A DNA stretch of 13,852 nt from Candidatus Hadarchaeota archaeon. Its GTDB lineage: Archaea; CAYQAE01; CAYVLA01. This document shows, piece after piece, positions 1 to 7,149 of this stretch. Within the stretch, counting starts at the first letter, position 1; every line of letters starts with the position of its first letter. The stretch lies in the NCBI GenBank assembly GCA_964452145.1, contig CAYVLA010000043.1:1-13852 (forward strand), in the 5' to 3' direction. The translations under genes and the position numbers were made by a program. The notes below the pieces were generated by a model, which did not search any database, had not been told where the DNA came from, and saw only the letters and a list, made by a program, of their open reading frames with translations.

Positions 1-69
1 GGGGGATAGGGAATCGGGGTGAGGGATCGGGTCACTTCTCGGTGCTTGAAATGGGCAGTGTGCTCCTCG

Positions 70-327
70 TCAGAAGATCATCAGGGCTCCTGTGATATCC
101 AGCCATGTGATGATCATGACCAATATGGCGACTGCAAGTAGCCCCACGATGACGGAAACCTTTCTGTTCATGCCGTCCATCCTGGCCCTGATCAGTTCGG
201 TCTCGCGAAGGATGTAGGCCAGATAGGCCGTGTTCTTGTCTTGCAGATAATCAGGGGGCTGGGGGCTGGTTTCCGAGGAAGGGGAACCACCAGTCTGGTT
301 CTCCGAGGGGGTTTGGGGACTCTCCAA
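70..327 (-). CDS. Small hypothetical membrane protein (85 aa): disordered N-terminus, helical middle, one C-terminal TM helix
   Basis: TTG start. P/S/Q/E-rich N-terminus, amphipathic LAYILRETELIRARMDGMNRK, then hydrophobic VSVIVGLLAVAILVMIITWL. TTTTCAAG box 28 nt upstream. No family recognised. Confidence 0.65.
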   Translation of the reverse strand: MESPQTPSENQTGGSPSSETSPQPPDYLQDKNTAYLAYILRETELIRARMDGMNRKVSVIVGLLAVAILVMIITWLDITGALMIF

Positions 328-473
328 GGCTATCCCATGTCACCGTGTCAACGGGCTTGAAAACTTGATCTGTCGGATCCCGACAGTAGCACAGCTGCTG
401 GCTGGCCACTGGCGTGCTGGTGTGCTGTGCTGGTGCAAAGATATTTGAGGGTCTCGCCAGGCCATTGGCTTGA

Positions 474-815
474 TTGCGCTTCCTGAGAATTCTGACCAAG
501 AAATCGAGGCAACTTCTCGTCGGCGGGGCAGTCCTTGTTGCCATAGCAGTCGTTTGGCTGGGGCTGGCCTTGCCCAGGCTGGTCGAGGCCCACCGCCTTT
601 CTAGGAATATGGACAAGGAACCAATCAATCCCATGATGCCTCCCGAGTACATCAGGCAGATAGAGCATGATAGGGAAGAGGTGAGGAGCGAGCTTCGTTT
701 CTGGACCGGCGTGGCTTTTGCTGGTGCACTTGTCCTGTTGGTCGGCGCTTACTGCTCGGCGACCGGAGCCAGGTCCAGCGTTGGCCCGACAACCCGGAAG
801 GGCGCTCCGAGATAG
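474..815 (+). CDS. Hypothetical membrane protein (113 aa, two TM helices)
   Basis: TTG start. Basic N-terminus, TM1 LLVGGAVLVAIAVVWLGLAL, charged loop, TM2 FWTGVAFAGALVLLVGAY, basic tail. AAAGATATTTGAG box 24 nt upstream. Confidence 0.65.
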   Translation: MRFLRILTKKSRQLLVGGAVLVAIAVVWLGLALPRLVEAHRLSRNMDKEPINPMMPPEYIRQIEHDREEVRSELRFWTGVAFAGALVLLVGAYCSATGARSSVGPTTRKGAPR

Positions 816-861
816 GTGGCATTTTTCAGCCTGCCGAAGTGCGTTGGGCTCGGCTGATCAG

Positions 862-1824
862 ATGCAGGTTGCCGTCGTCGGAGTGGGAGGCATCGGAAGA
901 GCTCATGTCGATCATCTGTCGAGGCTCAAGATGGCCGAGGTCGTGGCGATCGCCGATCCGGACCAGGCTCGGGCGGCCAAGGTGCAGGCCGACTTCAAGA
1001 TCCCGGCATTGTATCCTGACTATGTCGAGATGATGGACAGGGAGAAACCGGAGGCGGTCTTCGTCTGCACGCCTCCACACATCCACCTTGACCCGGTCAA
1101 GGCCGCCGCCGAAAGGGGGATCCCGGTCTTCGTGGAGAAACCCTTGGACAGCAAGATAGAAAGGGCAAAGGAGATCGTCAGCGTCTGCAAGAAGAGCGGC
1201 ATCCTGAGCCAGATGGGGTATCACTGGCGGTTCAATGAAGGACGGATCGAGGCACGGAAGATCCTCCTCGAGAAGGGGGGAACCATCGGCATGGTTGAGG
1301 GCAAGTGGTGGGGTGGGGTGTACAACGTCCCCTGGTGGATCAGGCGCGAGATGAGCGGTGGGCAGATCACCGAACAGACCACGCACATCTTCGACCAAGC
1401 CAGATGGCTGGCAGGGGAAGTGAGAAGTGTTCAGGCAATCATGGCCACGCGGATAAACACCAGCATCGAGAACTACGACATCGAGGACGTTTCGGCCGTT
1501 CTGCTGATCTTCAGAAGCGGCGCGATCGGCGTCGTCACCTCCACCAACGCGGCAGTGGAAGGCGAGGAGGGGATCAAGGTTGTGGCGGAGAACCTGAAAT
1601 ACGAGGATTTCGTCAGCCGCGTCGTTTTGAAGTGGAGAACCCATCAGGCGGAGTACACCGGGAGGCGTAGTCCCTACTCGGTGGAGGACGAGGCCTTCCT
1701 GACCTGCGTCAAGGAGGGGAAGGCATCCTCGGTAGATGTCGAGGAAGGACTCAACTCCGTCCAGCTCAGCCTGGCCGCGATCGCCTCAAACAGCGAGGGT
1801 AGGCGGGTGGATCTGCCACTATAG
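862..1824 (+). CDS. Gfo/Idh/MocA family NAD(P)-dependent oxidoreductase (320 aa)
   Basis: Rossmann motif VAVVGVGGIG, CTPPHIH, VFVEKP, GYHWRF, SGGQITEQTTHIFD. Start moved from 718 to ATG 862 (TTG 844 is an alternative) because family similarity begins there. Confidence 0.93.
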   Translation: MQVAVVGVGGIGRAHVDHLSRLKMAEVVAIADPDQARAAKVQADFKIPALYPDYVEMMDREKPEAVFVCTPPHIHLDPVKAAAERGIPVFVEKPLDSKIERAKEIVSVCKKSGILSQMGYHWRFNEGRIEARKILLEKGGTIGMVEGKWWGGVYNVPWWIRREMSGGQITEQTTHIFDQARWLAGEVRSVQAIMATRINTSIENYDIEDVSAVLLIFRSGAIGVVTSTNAAVEGEEGIKVVAENLKYEDFVSRVVLKWRTHQAEYTGRRSPYSVEDEAFLTCVKEGKASSVDVEEGLNSVQLSLAAIASNSEGRRVDLPL

Positions 1825-4800
1825 GGAGGCGGCCTGAGGCTGGTCCCTGACCGGAGCAGGAGTCTCCCTAGTCATTCCCAGACTGCCTCGTCGATCGGGA
1901 AATGCAAATCGCCGAACACGGCGTTTCCTGCCTGCTATCGCGGTCGGCAGCAGGGCGAGCGCAAGAACGGCGGTCATCTCATCTATGCGAATGTAGTCTA
2001 TCCAGATCTGGGCATCCGGCGCGTTCGACGGGTCGAACCTGATCTGCCTTATGGTCCCGGTCCACTCGAGGCTCAGGCCAACTGCAACCCGGTATTCATG
2101 CCACTCACCATCCGGTTCTATGGAGAAGGACATGCTCTTGGATTCGGAGAAAGAGTGCGAATCCTTACGGGTCCAGAATATCTGGGCATGTGTTCCGGCC
2201 GTTGTCCTCATCCTGATCGTAGCAACGGCGTCGCCGGTGGCGGCAAGATCGAGAGTCGGGCCCATCATGTACGGATCGGAGCCCGTTGACCGGGTGAACA
2301 GGGTTCCGTTGCCCAACGCGAAGGGAAGCAACATGTTCGTGTTCGCCCATCCTTCAGAGTCGAGGAGATCGAACTCCCAGACAGGCTCGGATGACACTCT
2401 CCTGTTAGGCTGCGGGGCGATACCCCAGATCCGGACGGTGTCGCGGTCTAGATGGATCATCTTGAAGACAAGAATGCCCTCCGTGCGATAGCTCCATCCC
2501 TGGGCTGCCGCGGAGAGGTCAGATGTCTCGTCGAGCACCAGCCCGTTGATGGTGATCCTTGAGGGCCGTGACACGCCACCGATCAGAGCGTAGGAAGTAT
2601 CTCCGGGTGCGTATTCGACTTGGAACTCGAGAGAGTCGTCGTGCCAGGTCGGGGCCCCAAGCTTCCCGACGGTGCTGACATGGATCGTTTGTTCATCGAA
2701 CCTGATCATCTCCGTCTGGGCTGTCTGGTCATGTCCCATCAGTGCGAAGGCACAAAGGGAGATGTATCTCGGGTTTATGTCGAAGTAGTACTGGTCGGTC
2801 CCCTTTACCGCGCTGTAGGCATCCGGGTACATCCCGGCGACCTCTTCGTGGGGTCCTCCGGGGTAGCGCTGCATCTGCATTCCGCAGATCGTGATGCCCT
2901 CGGCCAGGGCCATCCAGGGAAGGGAATCATCGTATTTTGACAGATCATACAGCCTGTAGGCGTAGTCGAGACCGTTCCACTGCACGATCACCCCGAACCA
3001 GGCCCCGGTGTACCAGGTTGCCCCGAACACCGGGATGGAGCCGTAGATCATGATCGGCCTATCGGGCGGATTCCAGAGATATATGAAAGGCAGCCCTGTG
3101 GCTGCCCAGTACTTGGCCCTGTCCAGGTATCTCGGATGGCCTGTTATTCGGAATGCCTCAAGATAGCATTCCGTGACGTAGGCGGAGGCCAGAACGTCGG
3201 GCACGTGAAGCTGCAGTTCCCACGTCTGGGCCCCCTCCGGTCTGGTCTGTCCGTCCAGATACTCCAAGGCCTTCAATCCTGCTTGAATGGCCGTGGCATC
3301 TCCGGTTATCCTTCCGAACTTCAACAGGACTCTCGCCTTGGACGCGGTCCAGCCGGAGGATGTATCCCCGGGTCTTCCCAACTGCTCCTGTTGTTTGTTC
3401 GGCGTGAAAGGCCATGAACCGTCGTTGCTCTGCGAGTCCGCTAGGCTTTGGACGAGTCCGTACCCCGCCGTCAGGGCCTTGTCCATCTCGCCAAGGTGGA
3501 GGGCCAGATCCAGGTCGACTCCCCACCCTCCCGTCGCGGCCAGGGCCTCCAGCACCTGTTCCCGTATCTCGTCCCTGAGCGTGTGATTCGTGGTCAGGGC
3601 GGAGTAATGCCACAGGGATAAGGCCACCATGGGGTCGTAGAAGATCCAACCGGGGTCGTTCAGGTGGGTATGCTTCCAGGCCTTTGCAGCCGGGACCCAA
3701 CATATGTCTTTGTAGCATAAGGTGTTGAGGTCGGTGGTTTCCAGAAAGGATCGAGGTTGCTCCGGTGGTTCGGGGATGCCGTGCTCGTCGAGCCACCAGA
3801 GGACGACTCCCACCGCGTCCACCCCTGCCTGGGCGAAGATCTCGGAGCGCATCGTGACGGAGCCCGTGAGGTTGTAGGGCCTGAATGCTTTGTCCTGGTT
3901 CTCGCTCACCCACTCCGGGATCGTGGGCACGAACAGGGCCATCATGTGGTTCTTCTGATCGTGGATCCAGTTCGGAGAGACGTACTTCGCCGACATCATC
4001 GCGTTGACCCCATCCCACTTCTCTAAAGGATCCCAGGACAGGGCTATGCTGGCTTGGTCATGTTCCACGACCATCAGCGGGATGGTCACCTTGAGAGGAT
4101 GGGGGACGACTCTGAGATTGACCGGCGGCCATGCGAAATCGGTTCCCGAGGACCGCTCGCCGGCAAGAAGGTACTCCAGTCCGCAGAAGAGCCCGGCGTC
4201 CCGGTCGGCCGCGAAACTTCCCTCCCCAGCCAGAATCTGGGGGCTCGACAGACGCAGCAGAAGCCTTTCCCGGCTTGTCTTCACCGAGAAGGCGAGGCCG
4301 ACGAAGGGGCTGGCGTGTCCGAGGTCAAAACGGTAGTCCGCGGCCCAGATGACTCCGTCCCCGTCGATGACCGATCCGGTTAGAGCCAACCAGGCGCCAC
4401 TCTGGGTCGCCCCGAAATCACAGCTGTCCGGGATCAGCAAGATCAGGCGTTCCTTCCCATGATCGTCCAAGTACAGTGCATGGCCAATGGGCATCGAGAT
4501 CCCCATATCCTTCCACGACCCGTCCCAGCACTGGATGGTGAACATGCCGTATCCCTGCTCTGTCAGTGGGAAAGCGAGCCTGATGTGTGGGTTCTCGATG
4601 ACTGCTTCTTGCCCCGAAACGGAACCGCGGCTTCGATCCGGCCTTGCCACCGGATGGGAGTAATCGGCCGATGCGACCAGGGCCAGCATTGGAGGCGGGA
4701 GGAACGTAAGGTTGTCGGGGCTCCAGCACTGGGCCGTGAGGCAGTATACGCCAGGCTTGGTCGCGATGACGGTCCACTGGACATCGTAGGTCAGATCGGG

Positions 4801-5601
4801 CTCGACCACGCCTAAGGTCTGCGTATTCGTGCCATTCGCAAGCCTCAGGCCATCGGTCAGGGTGAGGTTGGAGTTGAAGTTGTAGAAGAAGGCCCCACCG
4901 GTGTTTGTCGTGTTGAAGCCGATCCGGAAGGTCTCTCCGATCCCCACGAGGGCATTTTCGCATCTCAGCGTCCCCAGAGCCAGGGAGGCCGGGGTCTCAT
5001 AGATCTGTAGCTCGTCCACGATCCAGGCTCCGGGCGCTTTGTTCGCCCCTGGGTTGACTCCGAAGGAAAGGACGATGGACCTGGCCGTCCTAGACTGCCT
5101 GATGTCGACGAGAAATCTATGCAGATGCCACAACCCGTCCCCGATCTGCTCGGGCGACGGAGAGAAACTGGTGCCTGCCACAATCTTTCCCTGCTCGTCC
5201 ATCAGATCAAGCTGAAAGACGAGGTTGGAGCAGGATGCCCCCGAGGAAAGGACCTTGTAGTGAAACTCAGCCGTCCCTATGTAGAGCATCCTCAGCAGAT
5301 TGTTCTCGATGTTCATTTCGAGATTGGCCGATGCTGACCCCGTGCCCAGGCTTCCGACGTAGAGCGCCTTGTCCCCCTTCCACGCCTCGCCGACCAGCTT
5401 GGCCTCCGTCCTCAATCCGTCCGCCGATGGGGTTGCCGTGAGACTCCAATTGTAGGGAACTCCTCGCTCGTCGCATCTCTCGAACGCGCCGTTGAAGGGG
5501 GCATAGCTTAGGTAGGCGGTGGCGGACTTGGCGCCGATCCATAGCCCAAGGCATGCAACGAGCACGGCGAGCGCTCTGACCGGCATTGCCTCCTGTGACA
5601 T
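1819..5601 (-). CDS. Large secreted, membrane-anchored multidomain protein (~1260 aa); putative carbohydrate-active enzyme with CBM-like, Ig-like, beta-sandwich, helical-barrel-like and C-terminal CBM-like regions
   Basis: ATG 5601 is preceded by GAGGAGG and lies 10 nt after the rlmH stop. Signal peptide RALAVLVACLGLWIGAKSATA; NGAFE...W jelly-roll-like start; Ig-like segment GETFRIGFNTTNTGG...VQWTV; helical aromatic core (QSNDGSW, GAQTWE, YLDRAKYWA); C-terminal DPY...IRMR...QIFW...DGEWHEY...W.G.I.QIRFDP; terminal hydrophobic segment plus RKRRVRR. Domain calls are by eye. Confidence 0.85.
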   Translation of the reverse strand: MSQEAMPVRALAVLVACLGLWIGAKSATAYLSYAPFNGAFERCDERGVPYNWSLTATPSADGLRTEAKLVGEAWKGDKALYVGSLGTGSASANLEMNIENNLLRMLYIGTAEFHYKVLSSGASCSNLVFQLDLMDEQGKIVAGTSFSPSPEQIGDGLWHLHRFLVDIRQSRTARSIVLSFGVNPGANKAPGAWIVDELQIYETPASLALGTLRCENALVGIGETFRIGFNTTNTGGAFFYNFNSNLTLTDGLRLANGTNTQTLGVVEPDLTYDVQWTVIATKPGVYCLTAQCWSPDNLTFLPPPMLALVASADYSHPVARPDRSRGSVSGQEAVIENPHIRLAFPLTEQGYGMFTIQCWDGSWKDMGISMPIGHALYLDDHGKERLILLIPDSCDFGATQSGAWLALTGSVIDGDGVIWAADYRFDLGHASPFVGLAFSVKTSRERLLLRLSSPQILAGEGSFAADRDAGLFCGLEYLLAGERSSGTDFAWPPVNLRVVPHPLKVTIPLMVVEHDQASIALSWDPLEKWDGVNAMMSAKYVSPNWIHDQKNHMMALFVPTIPEWVSENQDKAFRPYNLTGSVTMRSEIFAQAGVDAVGVVLWWLDEHGIPEPPEQPRSFLETTDLNTLCYKDICWVPAAKAWKHTHLNDPGWIFYDPMVALSLWHYSALTTNHTLRDEIREQVLEALAATGGWGVDLDLALHLGEMDKALTAGYGLVQSLADSQSNDGSWPFTPNKQQEQLGRPGDTSSGWTASKARVLLKFGRITGDATAIQAGLKALEYLDGQTRPEGAQTWELQLHVPDVLASAYVTECYLEAFRITGHPRYLDRAKYWAATGLPFIYLWNPPDRPIMIYGSIPVFGATWYTGAWFGVIVQWNGLDYAYRLYDLSKYDDSLPWMALAEGITICGMQMQRYPGGPHEEVAGMYPDAYSAVKGTDQYYFDINPRYISLCAFALMGHDQTAQTEMIRFDEQTIHVSTVGKLGAPTWHDDSLEFQVEYAPGDTSYALIGGVSRPSRITINGLVLDETSDLSAAAQGWSYRTEGILVFKMIHLDRDTVRIWGIAPQPNRRVSSEPVWEFDLLDSEGWANTNMLLPFALGNGTLFTRSTGSDPYMMGPTLDLAATGDAVATIRMRTTAGTHAQIFWTRKDSHSFSESKSMSFSIEPDGEWHEYRVAVGLSLEWTGTIRQIRFDPSNAPDAQIWIDYIRIDEMTAVLALALLPTAIAGRKRRVRRFAFPDRRGSLGMTRETPAPVRDQPQAASL

Positions 5602-5607
5602 ATCATC

Positions 5608-5614
5608 CTCCTCA
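5608..5614 (-). promoter_or_regulatory. Shine-Dalgarno-like site for the large surface protein, overlapping the rlmH stop codon
   Basis: Minus strand reads AAG-TGA-GGAGG-ATGAT-ATG. Confidence 0.6.
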
Positions 5615-6058
5615 CTTGTGATAAGGGTGGGACTCAAGAATGGTGAGGGCCCGGTAGATCTGTTCGACAAGGATCAACTCTGCAAGCTCTCTGGTGAACG
5701 TCAGCCTCGAGAGGGACAGGGCCACGTCGCTGGATTGTAGGGCTTCGTTGGAAAGGCCGTCTAGGCCGCCCACCAAGAAGTCTAGGGACTGGTAACGACG
5801 AATGATCTCGGCCAACTCCTCTGAGGAGACCTCTTTCCCCGCCGGGTCGAGGGCAATCCTCACTTTCGCTTTGGACTTCGACAGAAGCCTCATTCCCTCA
5901 AGGTCCTTACCCCTACCCGGATCCCTCGCATACGCCTGCCTCAGGTGAACAAGCTCCAGCCTGGCAAGCGGGGCGATGCGCTTCCTGTACTCCTCGATGC
6001 CCTCCTGGACGAAGCGATTCTTGATCTTGCCGATAGAGATTATCCTGATCTGGAGCAG
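5612..6058 (-). CDS. rlmH: 23S rRNA pseudouridine-1915 N3-methyltransferase RlmH (SPOUT), ~148 aa, probable CTG start
   Basis: The C-terminus LD..GK..SSEELA...FLVGGLDG...LSLSRLTF...LVEQIYRA...PYHK is diagnostic. The frame stays open upstream of ATG 5893 and encodes the conserved N-terminus LLQIRIISIGKIKNRFVQEGIEEYRKRI. No ATG/GTG/TTG occurs before the in-frame TGA at 6119-6121. Confidence 0.92.
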   Translation of the reverse strand: MLQIRIISIGKIKNRFVQEGIEEYRKRIAPLARLELVHLRQAYARDPGRGKDLEGMRLLSKSKAKVRIALDPAGKEVSSEELAEIIRRYQSLDFLVGGLDGLSNEALQSSDVALSLSRLTFTRELAELILVEQIYRALTILESHPYHK

Positions 6059-6177
6059 GATCCTCAGCCCCGAGTCGGGGTCCCTTTCGGGTGAAATATG
6101 TTCCTCAAATGTACCATGTCAAGTCCCAATGTCAACAGGCAAAAGATAGTTCAGGTTGACGTGAAAGACTCGACGCG

Positions 6178-7149
6178 GTGATGGGCATGACCTTGGGCCT
6201 CGGTCTGATTGGAACGGGAAGACATGGAGCAAGATACGCCGAGCACATTCAGAGCGATGTTCCAGATGCGGCCCTTGTGGCCGTCTCCCGCCGCGATGAG
6301 GAGCAGCTCGGAGAGTTCGCCGCCAGGTACAAGGTTCCAAACATCTATACCGACTATCGAGAGCTGGTCTCTGATCCCATGGTCGACGCGGTTGTCATCG
6401 TGACGCCGAACTACTTGCACATGCCGATGACGGTCGCTGCGGCCGAAAACGGCAAACATGTACTCGTGGAGAAGCCCATGGCCAGGAACGTCGAGGAAGC
6501 CCGGGCCATGATCGATGCGGCGCGAAGCGCAGGCGTCAAGCTCATGGTCAGCCATAACTTCCGCTACCATCCCATGGTGAGACGGGTCAAGGCTTCGTTG
6601 CCCGCATTGGGCAAGCCTTACCTGATCACTATGTGCAAGAGGCAGCAGCCGGCCCCGGGATGGCGAGAAGACCCCGTGGCCTCTGGAGGCGGGGCCCTGA
6701 TGGATCTCGGAGTTCATCTATTCGATCAGGCCAGGTTCCTGTTGGAGAGGGATGTTCTCGGCCTCTACTGCTCAACGATGAGGGTCGCCTCCGCAGGGGT
6801 CGAAGACGCCTTCGTCGCGGTGCTCGACTTCCCCGAATGTGCCGTGACATGCGATGGGTCCATGGCGTCAGGATCCAGGGCCGATCTGATACAGATAGCA
6901 ACGGATGGCGGCCAGCTTCTTGCGGACAGGTACGGCCGACGCATCACTTTCATCCATGGACAGGATCGTCGTGACGACGCGATAACGGAGCCCGACTTCA
7001 CGATAGGGTTGGTCCTCAAAGACTTCGTCGGGTGCATACTTGAGAACCGCGAGCCCGGGGTCACCGGGGAAGACGGGCTGAAGGCGGTTGAGATAGCTGC
7101 GGCATGCTACCGGTCAGATGCAATGGGCCAGAGAGTCACCCTGCACTAG
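6178..7149 (+). CDS. Gfo/Idh/MocA family NAD(P)-dependent oxidoreductase (323 aa)
   Basis: LGLIGTGRHG, VTPNYLH, HVLVEKPMA, HNFRYHP, SGGGALMDLGVHLFD. Start is GTG 6178 or ATG 6181/6187. Confidence 0.93.
   Translation: MMGMTLGLGLIGTGRHGARYAEHIQSDVPDAALVAVSRRDEEQLGEFAARYKVPNIYTDYRELVSDPMVDAVVIVTPNYLHMPMTVAAAENGKHVLVEKPMARNVEEARAMIDAARSAGVKLMVSHNFRYHPMVRRVKASLPALGKPYLITMCKRQQPAPGWREDPVASGGGALMDLGVHLFDQARFLLERDVLGLYCSTMRVASAGVEDAFVAVLDFPECAVTCDGSMASGSRADLIQIATDGGQLLADRYGRRITFIHGQDRRDDAITEPDFTIGLVLKDFVGCILENREPGVTGEDGLKAVEIAAACYRSDAMGQRVTLH

Noticed and set aside
1..69. G-rich window start with a minus-strand GAGGAG after the ORF stop
   Set aside because: Too little sequence to support a gene or structure.
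826..1644. 272-aa antisense ORF (likewise 6151-6717, 7104-8105, 8672-9643 and other overlapping ORFs)
   Set aside because: Shadow ORFs of well-supported genes in GC-rich DNA, with no motifs.
2557..2571. SRPSR (SxPxR sulfatase-like motif) in the large protein as a possible anSME target
   Set aside because: Lacks the following xxxLTG context and lies in a late beta-rich domain rather than an N-terminal sulfatase fold; likely chance.
3158..4018. 286-aa alternative-frame ORF inside the large gene
   Set aside because: R/G/P-rich composition typical of off-frame GC-rich sequence; the main frame is uninterrupted.
5894..6058. rlmH as a truncated pseudogene or frameshifted gene
   Set aside because: The N-terminal region is in the same frame with no stop or shift; only a canonical start codon is missing.
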